Assembly: GCA_002376045.1 (NCBI GenBank) | Contig: DFNM01000154.1 | Coordinates: 1-38,644, forward strand | Direction of reading: 5' to 3' | DNA length: 38,644 bases | Origin: Firmicutes bacterium UBA3567 | GTDB taxonomy: Bacteria; Bacillota; Thermosediminibacteria; Koleobacterales; UBA3567 | Shown: positions 24,951 through 35,829 of the stretch, piece by piece | How positions within the stretch are numbered: position 1 is the first letter of the stretch | How the letters are laid out: each line of letters begins with the position of its first letter | Notes under the pieces: model-generated | What the model was told of the DNA's origin: nothing | The model's input: the letters and a program-made list of their open reading frames with translations, nothing else | Databases searched by the model: none | Position numbers and translations under genes: made by a program

Positions 24951-26855
24951 ATGAAAAAGTTGATGCTGTTTTTGTTCATGATAATAGTTATGTTGAGCGG
25001 ATGCACCAGTGGAGATCAAACAAATCCACCAGTTCAGAATGAAGGAGAAACACTGCAACCTGTTGAGGATACTCAGAAACCACAACAACAGAAGGATAAA
25101 GGTGTGCTTTTTGACGAATTTGTGGTTTATAACGGGATAGGGGATGATGTTTTAGGGTATCCTGTAGGAATACATGTAGATGAACACAACAACATATATG
25201 TTATAGATATTTTTTCCGTAAGGGGGATGATAAAGAGATTCAGCCTCCAGGGGGAGTTTATTGATAAATTTGGGTCCAAAACTGATGGTCTACAAATGCC
25301 CATTGATTTGACTACTGATTCCCAGGGAAACGTGTATGTAGCAGATTTAGATTCCCGCAGCATTCATGTTTTCGATTCTCGGGGAAATTATGAACGAGCA
25401 ATAGAATTTACTGGAGAGGATACCAACTTTATTCCCAGGAACATAGAGGTATTGAAGGATGGTAAGCTTGTTATTCTGAATTTTGATGAGGTTCTAATAA
25501 TGACCACTGATGGTGAAATTGTCAGGAGATTTGGTGGAAGCGGGACAAAACCGGGGCAGTTCGGTGCAGAAGGTTCGGAATTTTATCTGGGGCCCAATGG
25601 CCTTGCAGTAGATCAGGATGACAACATTTATGTAGCTGATACCTTAAACAAACGGATACAGGTATTTAGTAGAGAGGGCAGGCTTTTGAAGGTAATAGAC
25701 AATGATGATGTTGAAGGTGTGTTCACTCAGCTGCTTCATATAGAAGTTGATTCAAACAAAAACATATATGTGACAGATTCAGAGTTGTACCACGTGTTGA
25801 AAATAAACCAGCAGGGTAAGATGATAGACAGAATTGGTGGGATGGGCAACAAGGAAGGCAGTTTTGGAACCATCGGTTCCCGATACGGCAATTACGGCCC
25901 TACAGCTTTAAGCATCGGCAATGATGACCTCCTGTATGTTATAGATGTTTACAACCATAGAGTAGAGTGTTTCGATTCAAAAGGAGAGTTTCTGTATGTT
26001 TTGGGGAGACAGGAAACCCCTGAAGCTTTTATATACCCCAGGAATGTGGATGTAGATAGCAATAATTCCATTTATATTGTGGGTGGAGATGCTTTTATGG
26101 AGGACCCCTTAAATTTTAAAGTTTTAAGACTGGATTCTGATGGCAGTTTCATAACTGAGTATATCAGCGGATACAACTCCGGAGAATTCGTGAACCCTCA
26201 GGACATCTTCAGTTTTAAGGATTACGTGTATGTCCTGGATCTGGATATGGTTCAAAAATTCCTAAACGGTAGCTTTGATATCAGTTTTGGAGGAAGAGGC
26301 AAAGAAGCGGGATATTTTGGATTGCTGGACCTCTATGGTATAGTAAAGGGACCTTCTGCCATCTTCGTTGATGATGAAGGAGATGTATATGTAGCGGATA
26401 AATACAACAACAGGGTTCAGAAGTTTGATTCTGCTGGCCGCTTTTTGATGGAGATTAAGGTTCCAAAACCTCAGGAACTTTTCATAAAAGATAACAGCAT
26501 GTTCGTGTTGAGTGCTGTAGATGGGACAATATACAGGTATGATGTGAAGGGAAAACTTTTTGACAAGTTTATAAACACTGAAGAAGTTGGAATCGAGTTT
26601 GGAATAATACAGGAAGGCAGTGATATGGAAGGCCCTCAGGGACTTGCCATCGATGCCCTGGGCAATGTGTATGTTTCAGATACCTTCAACAACAGGATTG
26701 TTGTGTTTTCCCCGGAAGGGGAGCTGGAAAAAGTTATAGAGACCTTTGGAGAGGGAGAAACTTTTAATGAACCCAGGGGTCTGGCTCTGGATAGAGAAGG
26801 AAACCTTTATGTTGCTGATTTTGGAAACCACCGTATAGTAAAGCTTATAAAATAA
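24951..26855 (+). CDS. NHL-repeat beta-propeller lipoprotein
   Basis: Lipobox LSGC; repeated P-x-G-(L/I)-A-(V/I)-D...(I/V)YVAD...N-x-R(I/V) units along ~580 aa. Confidence 0.9.
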   Translation: MKKLMLFLFMIIVMLSGCTSGDQTNPPVQNEGETLQPVEDTQKPQQQKDKGVLFDEFVVYNGIGDDVLGYPVGIHVDEHNNIYVIDIFSVRGMIKRFSLQGEFIDKFGSKTDGLQMPIDLTTDSQGNVYVADLDSRSIHVFDSRGNYERAIEFTGEDTNFIPRNIEVLKDGKLVILNFDEVLIMTTDGEIVRRFGGSGTKPGQFGAEGSEFYLGPNGLAVDQDDNIYVADTLNKRIQVFSREGRLLKVIDNDDVEGVFTQLLHIEVDSNKNIYVTDSELYHVLKINQQGKMIDRIGGMGNKEGSFGTIGSRYGNYGPTALSIGNDDLLYVIDVYNHRVECFDSKGEFLYVLGRQETPEAFIYPRNVDVDSNNSIYIVGGDAFMEDPLNFKVLRLDSDGSFITEYISGYNSGEFVNPQDIFSFKDYVYVLDLDMVQKFLNGSFDISFGGRGKEAGYFGLLDLYGIVKGPSAIFVDDEGDVYVADKYNNRVQKFDSAGRFLMEIKVPKPQELFIKDNSMFVLSAVDGTIYRYDVKGKLFDKFINTEEVGIEFGIIQEGSDMEGPQGLAIDALGNVYVSDTFNNRIVVFSPEGELEKVIETFGEGETFNEPRGLALDREGNLYVADFGNHRIVKLIK

Positions 26856-26869
26856 AGGAGGCTTGCAGC

Positions 26870-27601
26870 TTGGAAAGGATCGATGACCTGGAGTGTAATG
26901 GTCTGAAAATCATACAGAACCCAGAGTATTACTGCTTTTCCATAGATGCCGTTTTGCTGGCCAATTTTGCTGGAGATATAAAGGGAGACATGGTTATAGA
27001 CCTGGGTACAGGGACGGGTGTGATTCCGCTGCTTTTATCCGCCAAAACCAAGGCAAAAAAAATCGTCGGCATAGAGATACAGAAACACCTTTCAGACATG
27101 GCTGAGAGGAGTGTCAAACTCAATGGTCTGGAAGATAGGATACGAATTTACAACATGGATTTGAAGCAAGCTCCCCTGAACTTCGGGCCTGAGAGTTTCG
27201 ATGCCGTTGTTACCAATCCTCCATACATTGAGAAGGGGGCGGGATTCATAAACAAGACATCAAGCAAAGCAGTAGCCAAACATGAAATAAAATGCAGCCT
27301 GGATGATGTGCTTCTAGCAGCGTGCAAACTTCTTAAACTGAAGGGGAACTTTTATATGATCCATAGAGCCAGCCGGTTATCGGAAGTGATCGCTAAAATG
27401 AAAACATACAAAATTGAACCCAAGGTATTGAGGGCCATTCAACCTGCCCCTGACAAAAATGCAAACCTGTTTCTTGTTAAAGGGATAAAAGGTGGGGGGT
27501 ATGGCATTGAAGTTATGCCCCCTCTCGTTGTGTATGAAAAAAAAGGTCAATACACCAGGGAGGTACTCCAGATTTACGGCAAGGAGGAATCCAGTACGTA
27601 A
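26870..27601 (+). CDS. yabB: tRNA1(Val) A37 N6-methyltransferase (TrmN6/YabB family)
   Basis: FSIDAVLLA, DLGTGTG, NPPY, AKHEI. Confidence 0.92.
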   Translation: MERIDDLECNGLKIIQNPEYYCFSIDAVLLANFAGDIKGDMVIDLGTGTGVIPLLLSAKTKAKKIVGIEIQKHLSDMAERSVKLNGLEDRIRIYNMDLKQAPLNFGPESFDAVVTNPPYIEKGAGFINKTSSKAVAKHEIKCSLDDVLLAACKLLKLKGNFYMIHRASRLSEVIAKMKTYKIEPKVLRAIQPAPDKNANLFLVKGIKGGGYGIEVMPPLVVYEKKGQYTREVLQIYGKEESST

Positions 27602-28449
27602 TGGATACAAACAGCGGCAAGCTCTTTTTGTGTGCTACACCTATAGGGAATCTTGAAGATATAACCCTAAGGGTGTTGAGAATATTAAAAGAAGTTGATG
27701 TTATTGCTGCTGAAGACACAAAACACACAAAAAAGTTGCTAAACCATTTTAAAATAAACACCCCTTTAACGAGTTACCATAGATACAACAAAGAAAAAAA
27801 GGGTAGGAAGCTAATCGAAATGATGCAAAAGGGCAAAAACATCGCCCTGGTCTCTGATGCGGGAACTCCTGGAATATCAGACCCCGGGGAAGAACTGGTA
27901 AAACACGCTTCCAGTGAAGGAATTGCAGTGATTCCTGTTCCGGGCCCCTCTGCCCTTGTTACAGCTTTGGCCGTTTCAGGCCTTCCAACAAAAAAATTTG
28001 TTTTTGAAGGGTTTCTTCCGAGGAAAGCAAAGGAGAGAGAAAAGCTCCTGCAGGAACTTGAAGGAGAGGGAAGGACCCTTGTTTTTTACGAAGCGCCACA
28101 TCGGGTAAAAAAATCTTTGGAGGATTTGAGAAAACACATGGGTAACAGAAAAATTTGTATAGCCCGTGAACTGACTAAGCAGCATGAGGAAATCTTTAGA
28201 GGAAATATAGAAGAAGCTTTAGAAAAATTTCAAAAAAACACTCCTTTAGGGGAGTTTGTCTTTGTTGTTGAAGGCAACCAAAACCCCAGAAACCAAAAAT
28301 CAATCTGGAATGAATTAACGGTAAAGGAACACCTCCTGATTTATATTAACCGAGGATTGTCGAAAAAACAGGCCATTGCAAGAGTAGCCCGGGAAAGAAA
28401 CCTGTCTAAAAGGGAAGTTTATGATGTGGCGATAGATTTAAAAGAATAA
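27601..28449 (+). CDS. rsmI: 16S rRNA C1402 2'-O-methyltransferase
   Basis: ATPIGNLEDIT, AAEDT, VSDAGTPGISDPG, FYEAPHR, ARELTK. Confidence 0.96.
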   Translation: MDTNSGKLFLCATPIGNLEDITLRVLRILKEVDVIAAEDTKHTKKLLNHFKINTPLTSYHRYNKEKKGRKLIEMMQKGKNIALVSDAGTPGISDPGEELVKHASSEGIAVIPVPGPSALVTALAVSGLPTKKFVFEGFLPRKAKEREKLLQELEGEGRTLVFYEAPHRVKKSLEDLRKHMGNRKICIARELTKQHEEIFRGNIEEALEKFQKNTPLGEFVFVVEGNQNPRNQKSIWNELTVKEHLLIYINRGLSKKQAIARVARERNLSKREVYDVAIDLKE

Positions 28450-28665
28450 CGAGGAACCTACTTTTTTATATTATTATATGACTATCCCGTTTTCAGTATT
28501 ATTCATTAAGCTTACAGACGTTAAATGGTGCACTAGAGAGGCTGGATATAATCAAAAAGAGCATTACAGGTTTTTGTCCGGCACTCGACTTAATGTGTGT
28601 CTTGCGGGTAGCAACAATATTCCTGTATTACGATACGTAATTCTCAAATTTAATTCAATAAAAAC

Positions 28666-28812
28666 GGTTCTTCTCCATCTTAGTTGAGTTAAATGCCATG
28701 CAAACCTAATCCGGTTAATAGTTAAATCATTATGGCCTTCTCCCAGGTTCTGTCAAGGGCGGGCGAAGCCCGTTCACTTTACCCTTGACTGGCCGAACGG
28801 AATAACTACAAT
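28666..28812. repeat. Dispersed repeat copy 1 with nested hairpin; possible mobile-element end or MITE-like relic
   Basis: 28666-28757 matches 36872-36961 (62 of the first 78 nt identical, hand count); followed by gtcaaggg-[cgggc gaa gcccg]-ttcacttta-cccttgac. Confidence 0.7.
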
Positions 28813-28907
28813 TACCCGGGCCCGGTTATAACGTAAAAGTGACATTTTCTCAGAACAATTCTATAGTGATAATATCACAGATTAATAACAAAGTTTTACA
28901 AAAAACC

Positions 28908-28936
28908 TTGACAACAAAATTGAATTTAAGTAGAAT
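28908..28936 (+). promoter_or_regulatory. Sigma-A promoter of the T-box-proC unit
   Basis: TTGACA-17-TAGAAT. Confidence 0.8.
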
Positions 28937-28964
28937 ATAAATCACACTATAGATTTTATAGGAG

Positions 28965-29225
28965 TTAAAAGCGTTGAAGGGGAATAGTAGGAAAAGTTTT
29001 GGTATATAGAGAGCGGAATCCACAGGCTGAAAGATTCCGTTACTTAAAACTTTCCGAACCCGCCCTGGAGCTACCGGAGATAATCCGTGTCGGGGATTCC
29101 TGCCGTTAAAAATGGAAGGGTATACCAGCAAGGGTGTACCTTAAGAGGCGGGCCGTTTTGGCCAAAAAAGGTGGTACCGCGAAAAGATAACCCTTTCGTC
29201 CTTTAGTGGATGAAAGGTTTTTTTG
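28965..29225 (+). ncRNA. T-box riboswitch, proline specifier
   Basis: AGTA, AGAGAG, GCTGAA stem I motifs; specifier CCC at 29059-29061; GCCGTTA; AAGGTGGTACCGCG at 29168-29181; terminator about 29192-29225. Confidence 0.93.
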
Positions 29226-29263
29226 TTATCAAGTTTTAGTATCTTAACTGGAGGGATATCAAA

Positions 29264-30091
29264 ATGTTGGATATGAAAAAAATCGGTATAATAGGAGCAG
29301 GCTCAATGTCCCATGCATTGATAAAAGGTCTTATCAACTCGAAAGTGAATATAGCCAGTGAACACATTTTGGTAACCAATAAGAACAAAATCCACAGGCT
29401 GCACTACCTTAAAGAAACCTATGGAGTTAATATTACAGGTTCCAATAAAAAAGTTGCTTTAGAGTCGGATATAATCATTATTGCTGTAAAACCTAATGAT
29501 GTAAAAGATGTTCTTAATGATATCGGGAGTGTTTTAACACAAAACCAGCTATTGATTTCTGTGGCAGCGGGTATAACAACGGAATATATAGAAAAAAATT
29601 TGGAAAACAGGGTGGCAGTAATAAGGGCTATGCCCAATACTTCATGCCATGTAAACGAATCTGCCACCGCACTGGCTGAAGGCAAATGGTGCAAAACAAA
29701 ACACCTAGAGATGGCGACTGAGATATTTTCATCGGTGGGACGGGTTCTGAAAGTGAAAGAGAGCGCTATCGATGCCATAACAGGTCTGAGCGGAAGCGGG
29801 CCGGCTTATGTTTACCTTTTGATGGAAGGCCTTATTGAAGCAGGGATTGTATCGGGTTTAAGCCGAAAAGAATCCTTTGACCTTGCTGTTCAAACCGTCC
29901 TGGGAGCTGCTAAAATGGCGCGGGAAACAGGGGAAGAACCTACACTGCTGCGGAAAAAAGTAACTTCACCGAATGGCACTACAGAAGCAGGCATCAAGGT
30001 CCTTGAACAGAAAGGATTCAAAGAAAGCCTGATTTTAGCAGTACAGAATGCTGCCAACCGTTCAAAAGAACTCTCAAAAATGATAGAATGA
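29264..30091 (+). CDS. proC: Pyrroline-5-carboxylate reductase
   Basis: IGIIGAG, IAVKP, ISVAAG, RAMPNT, TGLSGSGPAY, VTSPNGTT. Confidence 0.96.
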   Translation: MLDMKKIGIIGAGSMSHALIKGLINSKVNIASEHILVTNKNKIHRLHYLKETYGVNITGSNKKVALESDIIIIAVKPNDVKDVLNDIGSVLTQNQLLISVAAGITTEYIEKNLENRVAVIRAMPNTSCHVNESATALAEGKWCKTKHLEMATEIFSSVGRVLKVKESAIDAITGLSGSGPAYVYLLMEGLIEAGIVSGLSRKESFDLAVQTVLGAAKMARETGEEPTLLRKKVTSPNGTTEAGIKVLEQKGFKESLILAVQNAANRSKELSKMIE

Positions 30092-30226
30092 TGAAAATTT
30101 GATTAACAATTAGGCACATTTCACACCCTTAAATGCTTTTTGTTCGTATTTTTTGGTTTTGCTAAACAATTTCGCAAGAGGCGTGAAAGCTGTTAAATAT
30201 TGTACAGTGCCATCCTATCGCCTCTT

Positions 30227-30273
30227 AAAAAAGAGAGTTAACCCACCAATAAAGGGATTAACTCTCTTTTTTT
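30227..30273. terminator. Bidirectional terminator between convergent proC and abrB
   Basis: aaaaaagagagttaa...ttaactctcttttttt. Confidence 0.82.
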
Positions 30274-30302
30274 AATACAGCTGACCCCTTATAATTATTA
30301 TG

Positions 30303-30548
30303 TTAACCTGCATTTTTAATTTCGTTTAAACACTTGGAGCAGATGTTTTTGTTTTTGATAATGAAAACATCTTCTGCACTTCCACAGAAAATACATGCAG
30401 GTTGATATTTTTTAAGGATTATTTTGTCTGAATCGACATAGATTTCCAAAGAATCTTTCTTGGCAATATCAAGAGTTCGCCTTAATTCTATAGGTATTAC
30501 CACCCTCCCTAATTCATCAACTTTTCTAACTATTCCTGTAGATTTCAT
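30303..30548 (-). CDS. abrB: Transition-state regulator AbrB
   Basis: MKSTGIVRKVDELGRVVIPIELRR with C-terminal CIFC...CSKC; divergent from metG. Confidence 0.95.
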   Translation of the reverse strand: MKSTGIVRKVDELGRVVIPIELRRTLDIAKKDSLEIYVDSDKIILKKYQPACIFCGSAEDVFIIKNKNICSKCLNEIKNAG

Positions 30549-30562
30549 CAATTTCGCCCCCT

Positions 30563-30619
30563 TATTACAAATTTCGACACCCTTAAGAAAAGCATACCAG
30601 ATATTCCAATAAAAGTCAA
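30563..30619 (-). promoter_or_regulatory. abrB sigma-A promoter with downstream Spo0A box
   Basis: Minus strand TTGACT-17-TATGCT with TG extension (30619-30591); TGTCGAA at 30579-30573; degenerate TGTAATA 3 nt further on. Confidence 0.75.
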
Positions 30620-30858
30620 CGACAAAAATGAATATATTTTTATTTTTTTGTATACGAAATGACCTAAACTTAAGCCGATATCCTTGTTAAATTGATTAAA
30701 TAAGCAGTTTTAACCGCCTTTTATAGTGTTGATCTTCTGGGAATAAAAACCACCAGAAGGTTCAGAGTTTCCCTGTTGTTGCAGTTATGACAGGGCTAGT
30801 ATTTGCTTTGTGGATTCGACTTTTCAAAAATAAAAATCGATAATATTGTAATATTGGT

Positions 30859-31360
30859 GTGGTAGGAAATGGAGATCAATCCGGTATTGAAGGGTGGTGT
30901 GACTTCTTTTTATACACTTTTACTGCAGAAGACAGCCACCGCTACGGTTCCCCCAACTGTGAAGTTGCTGGTAAGCTGGGGGCTTTAATGGGAGCATATC
31001 ATTTATTAAGTATCAATGGCGGTATGGGTAAATTGATTTCAGGTATAGGAGGAGCACCGGGAGCAAAAGCTTTGGTTATAGGAGCCGGAATTGTGGGAGA
31101 AGCGGCAACAGAAGTGTTAACCGCTTTAGGAGCGCAAGTTACTGTGATGGATATAAATACTTGGAACCTCAAGACAATTGAAGCATAGATTTCCACAAAT
31201 AGACACTGCCTTTTCCAATCAGTATAACATCAAAAAATTGCTTCCCGGTGTTGATATTGTGTTCAATTGTGTTAAATGGCCGAAACACAGAACAGATCAC
31301 CTGGTAACACGAGGAATGCTCAAACAGATGAAGAAGGGTTCAGTGATTGTAGAAAAATAA
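30859..31360 (+). pseudogene. Alanine dehydrogenase-family remnant
   Basis: EVAGKLG...GGMGKLISGIGG...VIGAGIVG...VMDIN, frameshift near 31180, then MLKQMKKGSVIV; both termini missing. Confidence 0.82.
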
Positions 31361-31584
31361 GAAAAAACATCCATGCTGTTTATAAGAGCGAATGGAGCAG
31401 CATAAAGAATTATGCACTTACTACTATCACCGGAACTGAAGCATGAATTTTGAAACGTAGAACTAACAAGGCTTGCAGGAATAATAAAGCAAAAACTTTT
31501 CGTGGTATTTTCCGCATAAAATCGCGAAAGATAAAGGATTTTGAGCATTGTTCATGCTTCACCTCTGTGCTATCACAGTAAAAC

Positions 31585-31613
31585 TTGACAATACAAAATA
31601 AATTTTGTATAGT
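31585..31613 (+). promoter_or_regulatory. Sigma-A promoter of T-box-metG
   Basis: TTGACA-17-TATAGT. Confidence 0.8.
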
Positions 31614-31649
31614 TTTACTATAGCAAAAGTTTGCACACAATATAAATAT

Positions 31650-31910
31650 AAAAGCTGTGAAGGGGAGAGTAAGTGTTGGAACTGTCTGAAGAGAGCCGGA
31701 ATGAGGTGAGAGCCGGTGACAGTAAAGGCACTGAAGATGGCCCTAGAGCTGTGCAGTTGAAAAGAAGCGGAGCTTCCGATTAAACTGTGCCGGGAAGGCT
31801 GCCGTTAAACCAGCTGTGGTATACCAATGAGACCCATATCAGATATGGGTGAAATAGGGTGGTACCGCGTGGAATACAACCTCGCCCCTTTTTGAGGAGC
31901 GGGGTTTTTT
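31650..31910 (+). ncRNA. T-box riboswitch, methionine specifier
   Basis: AGTA, AGAGAG, GGTGAG motifs; specifier ATG at 31737-31739; AGGGTGGTACCGCG at 31856-31869; terminator about 31879-31910. Confidence 0.94.
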
Positions 31911-31931
31911 AAATTCAAAAAAGGAGGGTAA

Positions 31932-33854
<1,923 letters not shown>

Positions 33855-33865
33855 GGGGTGATATC

Positions 33866-34633
33866 TTGCTCATAGATACCCATGCACACCTGGATGTTGA
33901 TCGATTCCATCGGGATAGAGATGAAGTTGTAAAAAGGGCTCAGGAAAAGGGTGTGGAGAAAATCATAAATGTGGGTTTTGACGGTCCATCGTCTGAAATG
34001 GCAGTAAAACTCGCTGAAAAATATGACATGGTGTATACTGCTGTGGGGATACATCCCCACGATGCAAAGAAGGCCGATGATGACACATATGAACTTCTGT
34101 ATAACCTGACGAAAAGAGACAAGGTGGTAGCACTGGGGGAAATGGGGCTTGACTATTACAGGAATCTTTCCCCCAGAGAGCTTCAACAGGAAGTGTTTAA
34201 AACTCAGATAAGTCTGGCTAAGGAAGTGGACTTACCCATTGTGATCCATGACAGGGATGCCCACGGAGATACATTAAAAATTATTAAACAAGAAAGAGCA
34301 AGCCTTGTAGGTGGAGTTTTACACTGTTTTTCTGGGAGCAGTGAAATGGCGCTGGAATGCATAAAAATGGGTTTCTATATATCCTTTGCGGGCCCGGTGA
34401 CATATCCCAATGCCAGAAGACTCATAAAAGTCGTAGAGGATGTTCCCCTTGAGAGGATGCTTGTTGAAACGGATTGTCCCTGGCTTTCTCCAGAACCTCA
34501 AAGGGGAAAGAGGAATGAACCCGCTTATGTTCAATATGTAGCGGAGAAAATTGCCGAGATCAAGAACATGCCTCTGGAGGAAGTGATTCGGATCACAACA
34601 AAAAATGCGAAAGATGTCTTTAGGCTGCCGTAA
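33866..34633 (+). CDS. tatD: TatD-family nuclease
   Basis: DTHAH, GIHPH, GEMGLDY, IHDRDA, HCFSG, ETDCP. Confidence 0.96.
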   Translation: MLIDTHAHLDVDRFHRDRDEVVKRAQEKGVEKIINVGFDGPSSEMAVKLAEKYDMVYTAVGIHPHDAKKADDDTYELLYNLTKRDKVVALGEMGLDYYRNLSPRELQQEVFKTQISLAKEVDLPIVIHDRDAHGDTLKIIKQERASLVGGVLHCFSGSSEMALECIKMGFYISFAGPVTYPNARRLIKVVEDVPLERMLVETDCPWLSPEPQRGKRNEPAYVQYVAEKIAEIKNMPLEEVIRITTKNAKDVFRLP

Positions 34634-34634
34634 A

Positions 34635-34670
34635 AAAATCCCCCTTCCCGTTTTTTGGGAAGGGGTTTTG
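34635..34670 (+). terminator. Rho-independent terminator after tatD
   Basis: ccccttccc-gtttttt-gggaagggg-tttt. Confidence 0.82.
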
Positions 34671-34809
34671 TAATATAAAGAGGATTTTGATTTCAAATGT
34701 GGAACAATTAAAAATAAAACTAAAACTGAAAAGTAAAAACAAATTGTATTTGATAGAGAATATTATATAGAAAGGGAAAAGCAGTAATAATGGCTGATTA
34801 AAAAAATGC

Positions 34810-35067
34810 AAAAAATATAGAACAACATATACTGTGGCTGGTTTGTTTTGATGAGGGATACAGCAAAAGTGATTTGAGTTATAGAGGTTTTTGGGAGTGT
34901 TTACATTGATGGATTTGTTAAACAGAATGGAAAAACAGGGCTACATCCGAAAAGCAAGGAATGAGTATTTTAATATGGTGATCCCTGCCCTTTACAGGAT
35001 CTATAACGAAGTTTTTGATGGTGAAGCCTTCACTCTATTTGTAAAACACTTCAATAGTCATAAGTAG
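34810..35067 (+). pseudogene. MarR-family (ScoC/Hpr-like) regulator remnant
   Basis: Two frames join as IEQHILWLVCFDEGYSKSDLSYRGFW / VFTLMDLLNRMEKQGYIRK, a winged-helix pattern; not in the ORF track. Confidence 0.5.
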
Positions 35068-35171
35068 AGCAAGTATGGTGCAGCCTTTAATTTCAGCTTA
35101 AAAAAAGGATATGAAAGTATACACTTATTGTGGTAAAATACCCTTATGAAGTTATGGCAGAAGAGGTGATT

Positions 35172-35759
35172 ATGGTGATTGTATACAGATTAGAGAACAA
35201 TCTTTACCTGAATATAACGAACAGGTGTACCAATGATTGTTGTTTCTGCTTAAGAAATATAGAACCATGTATAGTGGGCTGCAACCTTTGGCTTGATAGG
35301 GAACCTGCAGCCCGGAAAGTAATTGAGACTATAGGGGATCCCACGCCTTATGATGAGATTGTATTTTGCGGTTATGGGGAACCCTTAACACGGTTAGAGG
35401 TGGTAAAGAAAGTGTGTAAATACGTTAAAAGCTTTGATAAAAAAACGAGAATCGATACCAATGGGCAGGCCAACCTCATATACAATAGAAACATTGTTCC
35501 TGAACTTAAAGGGCTGGTAGACTCTATCTCCATCAGCTTGAATGCCGAGAATGCTGAAAAGTATAATAAGCTCTGCAGGTCAGAATTTGGCGAGAAAGCT
35601 TTTGATGGGGTTGTTGAATTCGCCCGGGAGTGTGTAAAACATATTCCTGAGGTTACCCTTACTGTTGTTGACCTGCCAGAGATTGATGTGGACAAGTGCA
35701 GGAAAATAGCGGCGGAAATAGGTGCCCGTTTTCGAGTAAGGCCTCTGTTAAAGAAGTAA
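35172..35759 (+). CDS. TatD-associated radical SAM protein
   Basis: LYLNITNRCTNDCCFC (CxxxCxxC), VFCGYGEP, DTNG, SISLNA. Confidence 0.9.
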   Translation: MVIVYRLENNLYLNITNRCTNDCCFCLRNIEPCIVGCNLWLDREPAARKVIETIGDPTPYDEIVFCGYGEPLTRLEVVKKVCKYVKSFDKKTRIDTNGQANLIYNRNIVPELKGLVDSISISLNAENAEKYNKLCRSEFGEKAFDGVVEFARECVKHIPEVTLTVVDLPEIDVDKCRKIAAEIGARFRVRPLLKK

Positions 35760-35829
35760 TTAATAATAATTCCCGTGCTTTTTGGTTATACTGTTTAAGT
35801 GGATACAACCCGCTTTAGGAGGGCTATAT

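Noticed and set aside
28478-28687. 69-aa ORF after rsmI
   Set aside because: No RBS or recognisable motif, and it runs into the non-coding repeat.
28850-29131. 93-aa minus-strand ORF (also 31839-32102 and 31410-31640)
   Set aside because: Antisense to T-box leaders and promoters; shadow ORFs.
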